Below are positions 18,358 through 27,893 of a stretch of 64,000 nucleotides of DNA, piece after piece. The position numbers were made by a program, and so were the translations under genes. Position 1 is the first letter of the stretch. Each line of letters begins with the position of its first letter. This stretch comes from Eubacteriales bacterium (lineage in GTDB: Bacteria > Bacillota > Clostridia > Oscillospirales > JAAYXM01), in contig JAZNAQ010000035.1 in assembly GCA_045586595.1 (NCBI GenBank), positions 4,310 to 68,309 on the forward strand. Direction: 5' to 3'. A model generated the notes under the pieces. That model was not told where the DNA came from. It was given only the letters and a program-made list of their open reading frames with translations, and ran no database searches.

Positions 18358-20535
18358 CTAGCTTAGTGAACGCTTAACGTCTATTACTCCCGCAACTCCG
18401 TTAAGCTTATTCATTATATACTCAAGTTGCTCCTTACCATTAATGTTCATGACTACATTTACAACAGCATATCCATCACCGAGCCGGCGAGCATCGAGCT
18501 GATGCACAGGAATCTTGATGTTGTTAAGCACTGTGGCTATATCCATAACAAGACCTGCGCGGTCTTTCGCTGAAATCTGGAGAGATGTCTGGAATTTATC
18601 TTTCACGTCATCTGCCCATGATACACATATCCATCTGCTCAAATCGTCAGAGTCCTTCATTGCACTCACAACATTATGGCAGTCAGACCTATGAACTGAT
18701 ACGCCGAACCCGCGAGTGATAAAGCCTATAATTGAGTCTCCCGGAATAGGCGTACAGCAGCGAGCGAACTTAACAAGACAATTCTCAACACCCGGAACAA
18801 TTACACCCGAGTTTGATGTCTTCGGTTTCGGAGCCGCAGCTATCTTCTCCCGGACAATATCATCTGCATCCGGTGCCGGAGGTGCATTCTTTGAAATCTC
18901 TGTTTTAATACGGTTTACTACGCGATTTAGCTTCGTTCCGCCGTAACCTATGCTTGCATACAACTCATCAACATGGTGAAAGGACATCCTTCCTGCAATG
19001 GTGGTGAGTATCTCGTCTGCCTTTTCCTCGGTAAGAACAACCCCCTCGCGCTTGAGCTCACGTTCAAGCTCAGCCTTACCCCTTGCAATGTTTTCTTCTC
19101 TGCATTCTTTTTTAAACCACTGCTTAATCTTATTGCGAGCCTCACCGGTTTTTACTATCTTTATCCAATCACGGTTTGGCCCCTTGCCTGAATTTGAGGT
19201 AAGAATCTCGACAATTTCTCCGTTCTGGAGCTTATAGTCAAGCTGTACCATTCTTCCGTTAACCTTGGCGCCAACCATGCGGTTACCAACCGCGGAATGG
19301 ATAGAATATGCAAAGTCAATCGGTGTAGAGCCCGCGGGAAGGCTTACAACGTCGCCGTTTGGAGTAAACACAAATACTTCATCACTGAACATATCAGTCT
19401 TAAGTGATGATATAAAGTCTTCATCCTCAACCTCCTGATTTTCAAGAAGCTGGCGCACCCATGCAAGCTTTGACTCAAGAGTGCTCTTATTTACACCCGA
19501 TTTATACTTCCAGTGCGCGGCAATGCCGTACTCCGCAGTCTGGTGCATGTCGCGCGTGCGTATCTGCACCTCAAACGGAATACCCTCACGCCCTATAACC
19601 GTGGTATGAAGCGATTGATACATATTGGGCTTTGGCGTACTTATATAATCCTTAAACCTCCCGGGGACCGGATGGTACATATCGTGAATAAAACCGAGCA
19701 CATTGTAGCAATCAGCAACGGTTTCAACAATCACACGCATCGCGTAGAGGTCATACACCTCGTCAATCGTCTTGTGCTGTGTGTACATCTTACGATAAAT
19801 GCTGTAAATATGTTTAACTCGGCTTTGTACTTTACCGTCTATCTCTGCTTCATGCAACCGACTTACAAGGCGTTCTTTAATTTGGCTTAAAAACTCGTCA
19901 CGTTCTTCGCTGCGCTTTTCAAGCTCCTCGGTTATTTCAGCATATCCTACCGGGTCGAGGCAGCGCAGCGAGCGGTCTTCAAGCTCCCACTTGATTTTCT
20001 GCATACCGAGGCGGTGTGCAAGCGGAGCATATACTTCCATGGTTTCAAGTGCCTTCTCACGCTGTTTTTCAGGCTTATGAAACTCAATCGTACGCATATT
20101 GTGCAGCCTGTCGGCAATCTTTATTAGGATAACGCGGATGTCCTTTCCCATTGCAAGGAACATTTTGCGCAAATTCTCAATCTGCGCCTCTTCCTTGCTT
20201 GTATAAGGCATCCTCGTAAGCTTTGATACACCTTCGACAATGTCTGCAACTTCCTTGCCGAATTTTGACTTTATCTTGTCATATCCGCACTCCGTATCCT
20301 CAATACAGTCATGCAAAAGCGCCGCGACTACGGAGTCTGTGTCAAGCTCCATATCTGCTACAATTTCAGCAACAGCTATCGGGTGCGTAACATAGTCGCT
20401 GCCATCACGGCGTTTCTGGCCCTCATGTGCTTCTGTTGCGATGTCATACGCATCATGGATGCGCTGCTCATCAATATGGGGGATATGCCCCTTTATTTTG
20501 CTTATCAGCTCATGATATTTTGCTTCAGGCATCAT
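18358..20535 (-). CDS. relA: bifunctional (p)ppGpp synthetase/hydrolase RelA/SpoT
   Basis: HD domain (HDCIEDT), RelA_SpoT synthetase core, then TGS and C-terminal ACT-like regions. 725 aa. Confidence 0.92.
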   Translation of the reverse strand: MMPEAKYHELISKIKGHIPHIDEQRIHDAYDIATEAHEGQKRRDGSDYVTHPIAVAEIVADMELDTDSVVAALLHDCIEDTECGYDKIKSKFGKEVADIVEGVSKLTRMPYTSKEEAQIENLRKMFLAMGKDIRVILIKIADRLHNMRTIEFHKPEKQREKALETMEVYAPLAHRLGMQKIKWELEDRSLRCLDPVGYAEITEELEKRSEERDEFLSQIKERLVSRLHEAEIDGKVQSRVKHIYSIYRKMYTQHKTIDEVYDLYAMRVIVETVADCYNVLGFIHDMYHPVPGRFKDYISTPKPNMYQSLHTTVIGREGIPFEVQIRTRDMHQTAEYGIAAHWKYKSGVNKSTLESKLAWVRQLLENQEVEDEDFISSLKTDMFSDEVFVFTPNGDVVSLPAGSTPIDFAYSIHSAVGNRMVGAKVNGRMVQLDYKLQNGEIVEILTSNSGKGPNRDWIKIVKTGEARNKIKQWFKKECREENIARGKAELERELKREGVVLTEEKADEILTTIAGRMSFHHVDELYASIGYGGTKLNRVVNRIKTEISKNAPPAPDADDIVREKIAAAPKPKTSNSGVIVPGVENCLVKFARCCTPIPGDSIIGFITRGFGVSVHRSDCHNVVSAMKDSDDLSRWICVSWADDVKDKFQTSLQISAKDRAGLVMDIATVLNNIKIPVHQLDARRLGDGYAVVNVVMNINGKEQLEYIMNKLNGVAGVIDVKRSLS

Positions 20536-20541
20536 ATACCA

Positions 20542-22581
20542 TCATCTACTCCCACAACTTTTGAATAGTCTATATGTTTTTGAATCATTCAAATCCACTT
20601 TATTATTATGCTCTGCTATTTTTATGTGTACCCTATAATTTTCATACTCGTAGCTCATAAGCCCGACTTCTGAAAAAATCTGAAATGCTATTATGAGTTT
20701 TGCAAGCGTTATCTCTCGCCCAATTCTCAAGGCACGTCGTTTTATCTCAAGCAACGGTGTCGATACAGAGAAGTCGGCTCCGGTTATCATCCGCCATATC
20801 TTGCCGAGCTCATCGTAGCTCACCTCAATATTGTCGACTTTATTTCCTTTAAGTGCACAGTCAAGGCATGAGAATGCTAAATCAAACTCTTCTATATCCT
20901 TCTGGCAAGGGCGGGCATCTTTTATATGAAGCTGGACACTCTCACCCAAGAAGTTGTTTATCTCCGGCGTAAATGCTATATCCGCCCAGTCACCTTCGGC
21001 AAACGGTAAATCCTCAACACGCTTACCGAAATATACGCATTGAAAACGTCCCGCATGCTCTATATACATCTTTACATGTCGGTTATTGCCTATCGGTATT
21101 ATTCGTGAAATTTTACATTTGTTCATTCGTAGCTTAGGGGCTTCGTTTTCTTTGCCGTAAGGCTCCATAACGCGCAGTGCATAAAGCTGGTCAAGAGTCA
21201 GCTCATCGGGGTGTACTTCAAAATCTATATCAAGTATAGGCACATATCCGCTCATATCGCTTTCAAGCTCTTCGTTAAGACGGCGGCGGAACACTTCAAT
21301 ATTCTCCCGTTTTATAACTATACCCGCCGCAAGGTCATGCCCACCGAACTTTTCAAGTAAGTCAGAGCATCTGCCAAGCGCGGCGTGGAGGCTTACGCCT
21401 GCAAAACTTCTGCCCGAGCCACGGCATTCACCGTCCTCTACAGAAATTAGGATTGTGGGTTTACCGAAAAGGTTGCATATGCGCGACGCAACTATTCCGA
21501 GAACTCCGTGGTGCCAATTTTCTCCGCCAATTACTATTGCGCTGCCCTCTTTGTACTCTGGGTGCGCCTCCATAACCGCAAGGGCTTCTTTCATTATGTC
21601 GCCTTCGCACTTCTGACGTTCACGGTTTTTCCCGTCAAGCTCATGTGCGAGCTCTTTTGCGGTTTCTTCATCTGCAAACAAAAGCTCAAGCGAGAGTTCG
21701 GCACTTCCCATTCTCCCCGCGGCGTTCATTCGCGGACCTACGAGAAAACCTATTGCCCCGGCCGTCAGCGGCTCGTCTCGCTTTGCCCCCGCCTCATCAA
21801 GAAGTGCGGTCAGCCCGATTTCCCGGCGCGCATCTAAAAGCCTGAGCCCATTTGCAACAATTATTCGGTTTTCGTCTGCTATGGGCATGACATCTGCCAC
21901 TGTCCCGATACAAACATACGGTAAGTATTTTTCCATAACCGAGCGTTCACTGCCGCTCATTGCACAAATAAGCTTAAAGGCAACCCCTACACCTGCAAGA
22001 GATGTGAACGGATAATCGCAATCGCTCCGATTAGGGTTAACCACAGCGCAGGCAGGAGGCAACTCATCACCACACTTATGGTGGTCTGTTATAACAAGGT
22101 CGAGCCCAAGCTCCTTTGCATAGCGTGCCTCATCAATAGCAGTAATACCTGTATCAACGGTTACAACAAGCGTAACCCCACGCGCGGCAAGCTCTTCAAG
22201 CGCAGTGCGTGAAACACCATACCCGTCTCCAAAGCGGTCGGGTATATGGTATACGCAGTCTGCCCCTCTTGATTTTAGGTAATGCAACAAAATATATGTA
22301 GCGGTTACGCCGTCGGCATCATAATCACCATATACAGCGATTTTCTCGCCATTTGCAAGCCCCAAATTTATTCGATCAGCCGCCTTTTCCATATCTTTTA
22401 AAAGGAACGGGTCATATAAATCTGACAAATCCTTTTTTGTAAACAAATCTGCCTCTTTTGCCGTTGTTATCCCTCGTACAGCGAGGAGTTTTGCCGTAAG
22501 CGACGGCACGCCTAACGCCTCAGACAGCTCGCGGACTATATTTTCATCATAACTTCCGGTTATCCATTTGGTATTTTTCAT
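20542..22581 (-). CDS. recJ: single-stranded-DNA-specific exonuclease RecJ
   Basis: DHH motifs DYDADGVT, VTVDTG, ITDHH and DHHA1 motif GGHDLAAG. Confidence 0.9.
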   Translation of the reverse strand: MKNTKWITGSYDENIVRELSEALGVPSLTAKLLAVRGITTAKEADLFTKKDLSDLYDPFLLKDMEKAADRINLGLANGEKIAVYGDYDADGVTATYILLHYLKSRGADCVYHIPDRFGDGYGVSRTALEELAARGVTLVVTVDTGITAIDEARYAKELGLDLVITDHHKCGDELPPACAVVNPNRSDCDYPFTSLAGVGVAFKLICAMSGSERSVMEKYLPYVCIGTVADVMPIADENRIIVANGLRLLDARREIGLTALLDEAGAKRDEPLTAGAIGFLVGPRMNAAGRMGSAELSLELLFADEETAKELAHELDGKNRERQKCEGDIMKEALAVMEAHPEYKEGSAIVIGGENWHHGVLGIVASRICNLFGKPTILISVEDGECRGSGRSFAGVSLHAALGRCSDLLEKFGGHDLAAGIVIKRENIEVFRRRLNEELESDMSGYVPILDIDFEVHPDELTLDQLYALRVMEPYGKENEAPKLRMNKCKISRIIPIGNNRHVKMYIEHAGRFQCVYFGKRVEDLPFAEGDWADIAFTPEINNFLGESVQLHIKDARPCQKDIEEFDLAFSCLDCALKGNKVDNIEVSYDELGKIWRMITGADFSVSTPLLEIKRRALRIGREITLAKLIIAFQIFSEVGLMSYEYENYRVHIKIAEHNNKVDLNDSKTYRLFKSCGSR

Positions 22582-22713
22582 AACAGCATAATATCCTTTA
22601 TTCTTTATGCTTTATATTATAACAAATTCCACCCCAAAATACAACCTCGCCGAAATCCTTGTTTTCAAATGCAGAAATATGGTGTATAATACAATTTAGG
22701 GGGTGAATTTGTT

Positions 22714-23565
22714 TTGATGAAGAACCTCAAAAGCCGCTTTTCTGAGCCTTTACGGATACTTCGTATGCTTTATGAGCGATTTCGCGAACATGGCATAACC
22801 TATACAGGCGGGCAAATAGCTTACTTTTTCATTCTCTCGGTTTTCCCCTTTATTATTTTTATAAACGCGCTCATCGCATCCTTTAATATACCGAGCAAAT
22901 CTGCGATAGCTTTCCTTGAGCCGTTTTTCCCTGAACAAATAGTTTCGTTTATTGCCAACTATATAGAATATATAAACGCACAAAGCGGAGTTAGCCTTTT
23001 GTCTTTTGGTATTATACTCGCAATATTCTCTGCATCAAAATCGGTAAGATCACTCGCTCGGGCATTCAACCTTGCATATGAAACAGAGCAAAAACGCGGC
23101 TTTTTTGCACAAATTCTTTTTTCAATGATTTTTATATTCCTCTTTGCACTGATGCTTCTTGCGTGTATTGTTCTCGTTGCATTCGGAAACGACTTTATAT
23201 CAAAGCTCATTTCAGAAATGACTCTTGCTTTTGCGTTTGTTGACCTACTCTCTGTGTGGCGTTGGATCACTATGGCTATCATCCTGTTTTTTACGATGTC
23301 GGTAATATATAAACTACTGCCATCAGCTAAGATAAAATTTTCCGAGACTCTGCCCGGTACGTTCTTCTCCCTCGCCGGTTTTCTTATCCTGACCGCATTT
23401 TTCTCGTTCTATGTTAATAATATTATTTCATCATCGGTATTCTACGGCTCAATCGGCGCAATAATCCTTCTCATGCTTTGGATGTATTTTGCAGGAATAA
23501 TTCTTGTCTTAGGAGCAGAGCTCAACAAAATCATGTCAGATATAAAAAAAGAGAACACAGATTAA
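22714..23565 (+). CDS. YihY/BrkB family membrane protein
   Basis: Six predicted TM segments. N-terminal GGQIAYFFILSVFPF is typical of the family. Confidence 0.75.
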   Translation: MMKNLKSRFSEPLRILRMLYERFREHGITYTGGQIAYFFILSVFPFIIFINALIASFNIPSKSAIAFLEPFFPEQIVSFIANYIEYINAQSGVSLLSFGIILAIFSASKSVRSLARAFNLAYETEQKRGFFAQILFSMIFIFLFALMLLACIVLVAFGNDFISKLISEMTLAFAFVDLLSVWRWITMAIILFFTMSVIYKLLPSAKIKFSETLPGTFFSLAGFLILTAFFSFYVNNIISSSVFYGSIGAIILLMLWMYFAGIILVLGAELNKIMSDIKKENTD

Positions 23566-23589
23566 ATATCTGTGTTCTCTTTCTGTTTC

Positions 23590-24816
23590 TTATAACTTAT
23601 AAACTTTATCACCTGGGATTATGTTGCGGGTATCAAAGACTATTTTGTCTTTAAGACGCGCAGCATTCTCTTTTATATGGGTATGAGATGTCATTACAAC
23701 AACTATATCTACCTCACTTAAAAACTCGTCAAAATCGAACACCTGACCCTCGCAGATGCATTTCTCAACAAACGGGTCATATGCGCGAATTTTGCCGCCG
23801 AGGTGATTTCTCATACTCTCAAGAAGCTGAAGTGCCGGGCTCTCGCGGACATCGTCAACATCCTCTTTATAGGTAAGGCCATAAAGCCCCACTCGCGAAA
23901 CATCGGTAATACCGTTTTCGTCCATAATCTCGCGAATTCTGCCAAGCACAAACTCCGGCATAGAGTCGTTTATCTTGCGCGCCGCAAGAATTATATTGGC
24001 AAGACCGGGATAGTCGCCAACCAGGAACCACGGGTCTACAGAGATGCAATGCCCGCCGACACCAGGTCCGGGCTGAAGAATATTAACGCGCGGATGCTTG
24101 TTTGCTATTCTTATAATCTCGTAAACATCCATGTTATCACTTCGGCAGATTTTTGCGAGCTCGTTTGCAAACGCGATGTTTATATCGCGGAAGGTGTTTT
24201 CGACTACCTTTGTCATCTCTGCCGTGCGAATGTCAGTAACAACAATCTCGCCCTTACAGAATGATTCATAGAGTGACTTTATCTTCTCGCCGATTTCTTT
24301 TGAGTCGGCGCCGATTGTTCTTGAGTTGTGCTCAAGCTCGTATACCATGTTACCGGGAATTATGCGCTCTGGCGCGTGAACAAGATTGATGTCTTCACCA
24401 ATAACAAAACCGTTTTCCTCAATTACAGGACGCACAAAGCGGTCAATCGTTCCCGGTGAGACAGTAGACTCAACAACGACCGTCGCGCCTTTCGGGCAAA
24501 CCGCCATAACGCTCTTTACAGCGCTGACAACATATTTCGGGTCAATCTTTTTGCTGTCTTTATCGTACGGAGTTGGAACTGATACAATATATACGTCTGT
24601 CGGGATATACTCGGTTGTAAACTTTATGCCACCCGCAAGAGCGTTTGCAAAAAGCTCTGAAAGCCCGTCCTCCTCAAAGGTGGTCTTTCCTGCGTTGAGT
24701 GTGTTTACAAGCTCTGCATTATAGTCAGTGCCTACAACCTCTACACCGTGAGATGCAAACATCAGCGCAGTCGGAAGCCCTATATACCCGAGACCGACAA
24801 CATTTATCTTTGACAT
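23590..24816 (-). CDS. wecC: nucleotide-sugar dehydrogenase, UDP-N-acetyl-D-mannosamine dehydrogenase-like
   Basis: Rossmann VVGLGYIGLPTA. Catalytic GPGVGGHCI. 408 aa. Confidence 0.8.
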   Translation of the reverse strand: MSKINVVGLGYIGLPTALMFASHGVEVVGTDYNAELVNTLNAGKTTFEEDGLSELFANALAGGIKFTTEYIPTDVYIVSVPTPYDKDSKKIDPKYVVSAVKSVMAVCPKGATVVVESTVSPGTIDRFVRPVIEENGFVIGEDINLVHAPERIIPGNMVYELEHNSRTIGADSKEIGEKIKSLYESFCKGEIVVTDIRTAEMTKVVENTFRDINIAFANELAKICRSDNMDVYEIIRIANKHPRVNILQPGPGVGGHCISVDPWFLVGDYPGLANIILAARKINDSMPEFVLGRIREIMDENGITDVSRVGLYGLTYKEDVDDVRESPALQLLESMRNHLGGKIRAYDPFVEKCICEGQVFDFDEFLSEVDIVVVMTSHTHIKENAARLKDKIVFDTRNIIPGDKVYKL

Positions 24817-24833
24817 AAACTTGCCCTCTTTAC

Positions 24834-26108
24834 TTAATCTTTATAGACTATCTGCTCTCTGTCGGGGCCTACGCCGACAATAGATACCTTACATCCGCAC
24901 GCCTTCTCAACCGCATCGATATAAGTCTTGATGCTCTGCGGGAACTCGTCATAATTCTTGACGCCGGAGATGTCCTCGTCAAAACCGTCAAACTCCTCAT
25001 AAATCGGCTTGCACTTTGCAAGGTTATCAAGGTCTGCCGGGAAGTCGTTGATAATCTTTCCGTCCATTTCATACGCTGTACAAAGCTTAATCTTCGGAAG
25101 ACCGCGAAGCGGGTCAATCTTATTTATAACGATAGAAGTAAGCCCATTTACGCGAACAGCATAGCGTGCCATAACCGCATCAAACCAGCCTGTTCTGCGT
25201 GCGCGACCGGTTGTTACGCCAAACTCTGCGCCTGCCTGGCGGATATACTCGCCAACCTCATCGTCAAGCTCTGTCGGGAACGGCCCCTGTCCGACGCGGG
25301 TTGTATAGCCCTTGAATATACCTACGACCTCGTCAACAAGTGTCGGGCCGATACCTGCGCCTACACAAACGCCGCCGGCAACCGGGTGTGACGATGTAAC
25401 ATACGGGTATGTACCCATATCAATATCGAGGAGCGTACCCTGTGCGCCCTCAAAGAGAACCTTCTTGCCTGCCTTGAGCGCATCAAATACCATAACGCTT
25501 GTATCGCGTACCATGGGCGCAAGGCGTTCGGCATAGCTCCAATACTCCTCAGCTATTGCATCAAGGTCAAGAGCCTTGCCGCCGTAGTAGTTTACAAAAA
25601 GCTTATTCTTAATTTCGCCGACGCGCTTTACCGCAGCGGTGAATTTTTCTTTTGAAATAAAGTCGTGCATACGGATACCGATACGCTGTGCCTTATCCAT
25701 GTAGCACGGGCCGATACCCTTCTTTGTAGTTCCGATGTTGCCTGCGCCGCGCGCGACCTCTTCAAGGCCGTCCTGCTCTATATGCCACGGCATAATGACG
25801 TGTGTGCGCTCGTCGATAAAGAGATTATCAAGCGGTGCGCCCTTCTTTGCAAGCTCGTCCATCTCTGAAAGAATGACCTTCGGGTCAAGCACAACGCCTG
25901 CGCCGATAACATTCATTGTTCCCGAATATAAAATACCTGACGGAATAAGATGAAGCTTATATACATTATCACCTACGATAACGGTATGACCTGCGTTGTT
26001 TCCGCCCTGAGAACGGACAACAAGGTCTGCCTCCGACGCGAAGATGTCTATAAACTTACCCTTTCCCTCATCGCCCCACTGAGCACCGAGGATGACTTTT
26101 CCTGACAT
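24834..26108 (-). CDS. purA: adenylosuccinate synthase
   Basis: QWGDEGKGK P-loop, GGNNAGHT. 424 aa. Confidence 0.95.
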   Translation of the reverse strand: MSGKVILGAQWGDEGKGKFIDIFASEADLVVRSQGGNNAGHTVIVGDNVYKLHLIPSGILYSGTMNVIGAGVVLDPKVILSEMDELAKKGAPLDNLFIDERTHVIMPWHIEQDGLEEVARGAGNIGTTKKGIGPCYMDKAQRIGIRMHDFISKEKFTAAVKRVGEIKNKLFVNYYGGKALDLDAIAEEYWSYAERLAPMVRDTSVMVFDALKAGKKVLFEGAQGTLLDIDMGTYPYVTSSHPVAGGVCVGAGIGPTLVDEVVGIFKGYTTRVGQGPFPTELDDEVGEYIRQAGAEFGVTTGRARRTGWFDAVMARYAVRVNGLTSIVINKIDPLRGLPKIKLCTAYEMDGKIINDFPADLDNLAKCKPIYEEFDGFDEDISGVKNYDEFPQSIKTYIDAVEKACGCKVSIVGVGPDREQIVYKD

Positions 26109-26141
26109 GCAAAAAGACCTCCTTATTTATTTCCGAGATGT

Positions 26142-26170
26142 ATTATAGCACACTTTATCCATCTTGTAAA
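26142..26170 (-). promoter_or_regulatory. candidate purA promoter
   Basis: On the minus strand: TTTACA (26165-26170), 17-nt spacer, TGC-TATAAT (-10 at 26142-26147). Confidence 0.5.
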
Positions 26171-26242
26171 ACAAAAATACTGGATTTCTGCCGAAAAATA
26201 ATTTATAATAAGAAAATAGTTTGAAATTCGGAGAGATTACCC

Positions 26243-27355
26243 ATGATATATCTTGACAACGCATCTACAACAAAGGTTATTCCCGAGGCGGCAGACGCGG
26301 CAGTTTTTGCTATGTGTGAGGGCTTCGGCAACCCCTCATCCCTACACGGGCTCGGCTTCTCAGCCGAGAAGCTTGTAACAGATGCAAAGAAAACGATTGC
26401 AGCCGTTATCGGATGTGATGCAAAAGAGCTTACGTTTACATCCTGCGGATCGGAGAGCAACAACCTTGCGATATTCGGCGCCGCAGCAAGAAGCGGCAAG
26501 CGCCGCCACATGGTGACAACAGCCTTTGAACACCCATCTGTTCTCAATGCGGCAAAGCGACTCGAAGCGCAGGGCTTTGAGGTCACTTATGTATCCCCGC
26601 GTTCAGACGGCTCGGTACACGCAGAGGACATCGCCTCGGCCGTTCGTGAGGACACATTTTTAGTATCGGTTATGAGCGTAAACAACGAGATTGGCTCAGT
26701 TATGGACATCCCCGCCATATCGCGTGCCGTACGCGCAAAAAACCGCGAAACGCTCATCCACACGGATGCGGTACAGGCGTTTCTGAAAATACCGATAAAC
26801 ACCGCCAGATACGGTGCTGACATAATCTCAATAAGCGGGCACAAGGTCCATGCCCCCAAGGGCATCGGCGCAATATATATAAAGCGCGGAGTTGGGCTGA
26901 CCCCTCAGATTGTCGGCGGCGGTCAGGAGCAGGGTATGCGCTCGGGCACCGAGGCAACAGCTCAGATAACGGCATTCGCAAAGGCGGTAGAAAGTGTTAG
27001 CAACACTTATACCCGGAACGCAGAAAACATGAGGAGGCTTTTAGAGAGACTAAAAGCGGAGCTTGAGGCACTCCCGAATGTGCACGTCTTTTCTGCAAAG
27101 GAGAGCGCGCCGCACATTCTTACAGCTGCATTTACGAAATACCCGAGCGAGGTTGTCATGCGAATATTAGAGGAGCGCGAGATATATGTTTCGGCGGGCT
27201 CTGCGTGCAGCAGAGGCAAGAAAAGCCATGTTCTACGCGCGATAAAAGTCCCCGACAAGCTCATCGGCTCTGCTGTACGAATAAGCTTATCTCGTTTTTC
27301 AACCGATAATGAGGTTGATGAGTTTACAAATTGCGTAAAAGAAAAACTTATCTAA
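26243..27355 (+). CDS. cysteine desulfurase (NifS/IscS-like, class V aminotransferase)
   Basis: PLP-lysine region SISGHKVHAPKG. Active-site loop SAGSACS. Confidence 0.85.
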   Translation: MIYLDNASTTKVIPEAADAAVFAMCEGFGNPSSLHGLGFSAEKLVTDAKKTIAAVIGCDAKELTFTSCGSESNNLAIFGAAARSGKRRHMVTTAFEHPSVLNAAKRLEAQGFEVTYVSPRSDGSVHAEDIASAVREDTFLVSVMSVNNEIGSVMDIPAISRAVRAKNRETLIHTDAVQAFLKIPINTARYGADIISISGHKVHAPKGIGAIYIKRGVGLTPQIVGGGQEQGMRSGTEATAQITAFAKAVESVSNTYTRNAENMRRLLERLKAELEALPNVHVFSAKESAPHILTAAFTKYPSEVVMRILEEREIYVSAGSACSRGKKSHVLRAIKVPDKLIGSAVRISLSRFSTDNEVDEFTNCVKEKLI

Positions 27356-27371
27356 TTTAGAAAATTCCCTA

Positions 27372-27400
27372 TTGCAAAAACCTTGTAATAATGCTATTAT
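27372..27400 (+). promoter_or_regulatory. candidate promoter of the ACP gene
   Basis: TTGCAA (27372-27377), 17-nt spacer, TATTAT (27395-27400). Confidence 0.5.
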
Positions 27401-27444
27401 ACGGATATAGAAGCCATTTGCAAATTAACTACGGAGGTACTAAC

Positions 27445-27672
27445 ATGGTAATCGACACTTTAAGAAACATTCTCGAGGCACAGCTTGATATTGACCCGGC
27501 AACAATCACTGAAGAAACAAGCATTATCGATGACCTCGGCGCAGATTCGCTCGACATGGTTGAGCTTATGATGACAGTTGAGGAAGAGTTTGATATTACA
27601 ATACAGGACAACGACGCACATCTCTTTAAAACAGTAGGCGACGTTGTAAATTACATCGAAGCAAATATGTAA
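27445..27672 (+). CDS. acyl carrier protein (stand-alone)
   Basis: Phosphopantetheine site [13 protein letters not shown]. Start set to ATG 27445, 7 nt after GGAGG (27433-27437). Confidence 0.85.
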   Translation: MVIDTLRNILEAQLDIDPATITEETSIIDDLGADSLDMVELMMTVEEEFDITIQDNDAHLFKTVGDVVNYIEANM

Positions 27673-27688
27673 AACCTTATAAAACAAC

Positions 27689-27717
27689 ACCGCAGGCATA
27701 AGCCTGCGGTATTTTTG
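27689..27717. terminator. bidirectional terminator; left boundary of the accessory cassette
   Basis: Stem ACCGCAGGC/GCCTGCGGT (27689-27697/27702-27710), loop ATAA, T-run 27712-27716. Confidence 0.7.
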
Positions 27718-27722
27718 TTATA

Positions 27723-27881
27723 TTAGCCGTAAATTGAAAAATCCTGACTCCCCTGATTTGATGCAGTTACAAGGTCGCCGTCTACAAGTATCGTGTGCAT
27801 AGGGCCTCCACTTGTTGTTATAACATCATTAACAGCTATTGATATAATTTCAACCTTTGGTGATATATAATTCTTTTTCAT
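27723..27881 (-). CDS. unannotated 52-aa ORF coupled to the LRR gene: MKKNYISPKVEIISIAVNDVITTSGGPMHTILVDGDLVTASNQGSQDFSIYG
   Basis: Hand translation. ATG at 27881 starts 12 nt after the TAG (27894-27896) of the LRR gene. AGGAGAG SD overlaps that stop codon. TAA at 27723-27725, followed by the 27689-27717 terminator. Below the 60-aa cut-off of the ORF track. Confidence 0.5.
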   Translation of the reverse strand: MKKNYISPKVEIISIAVNDVITTSGGPMHTILVDGDLVTASNQGSQDFSIYG

Positions 27882-27893
27882 TTCATTTCTCTC

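Noticed and set aside
26109-26242. Purine riboswitch upstream of purA
   Set aside because: The leader is only about 30 nt between the -10 and the SD. There is no three-way-junction sequence or terminator.
27804-27881. Double-glycine bacteriocin leader on the 52-aa peptide
   Set aside because: A Gly-Gly is present after residue 26. However, the upstream residues do not match the LSxxELxxIxGG pattern well. The core has no Cys or typical bacteriocin features. No C39-peptidase ABC exporter, immunity gene or modification gene is in the window. It is kept only as a descriptive note.
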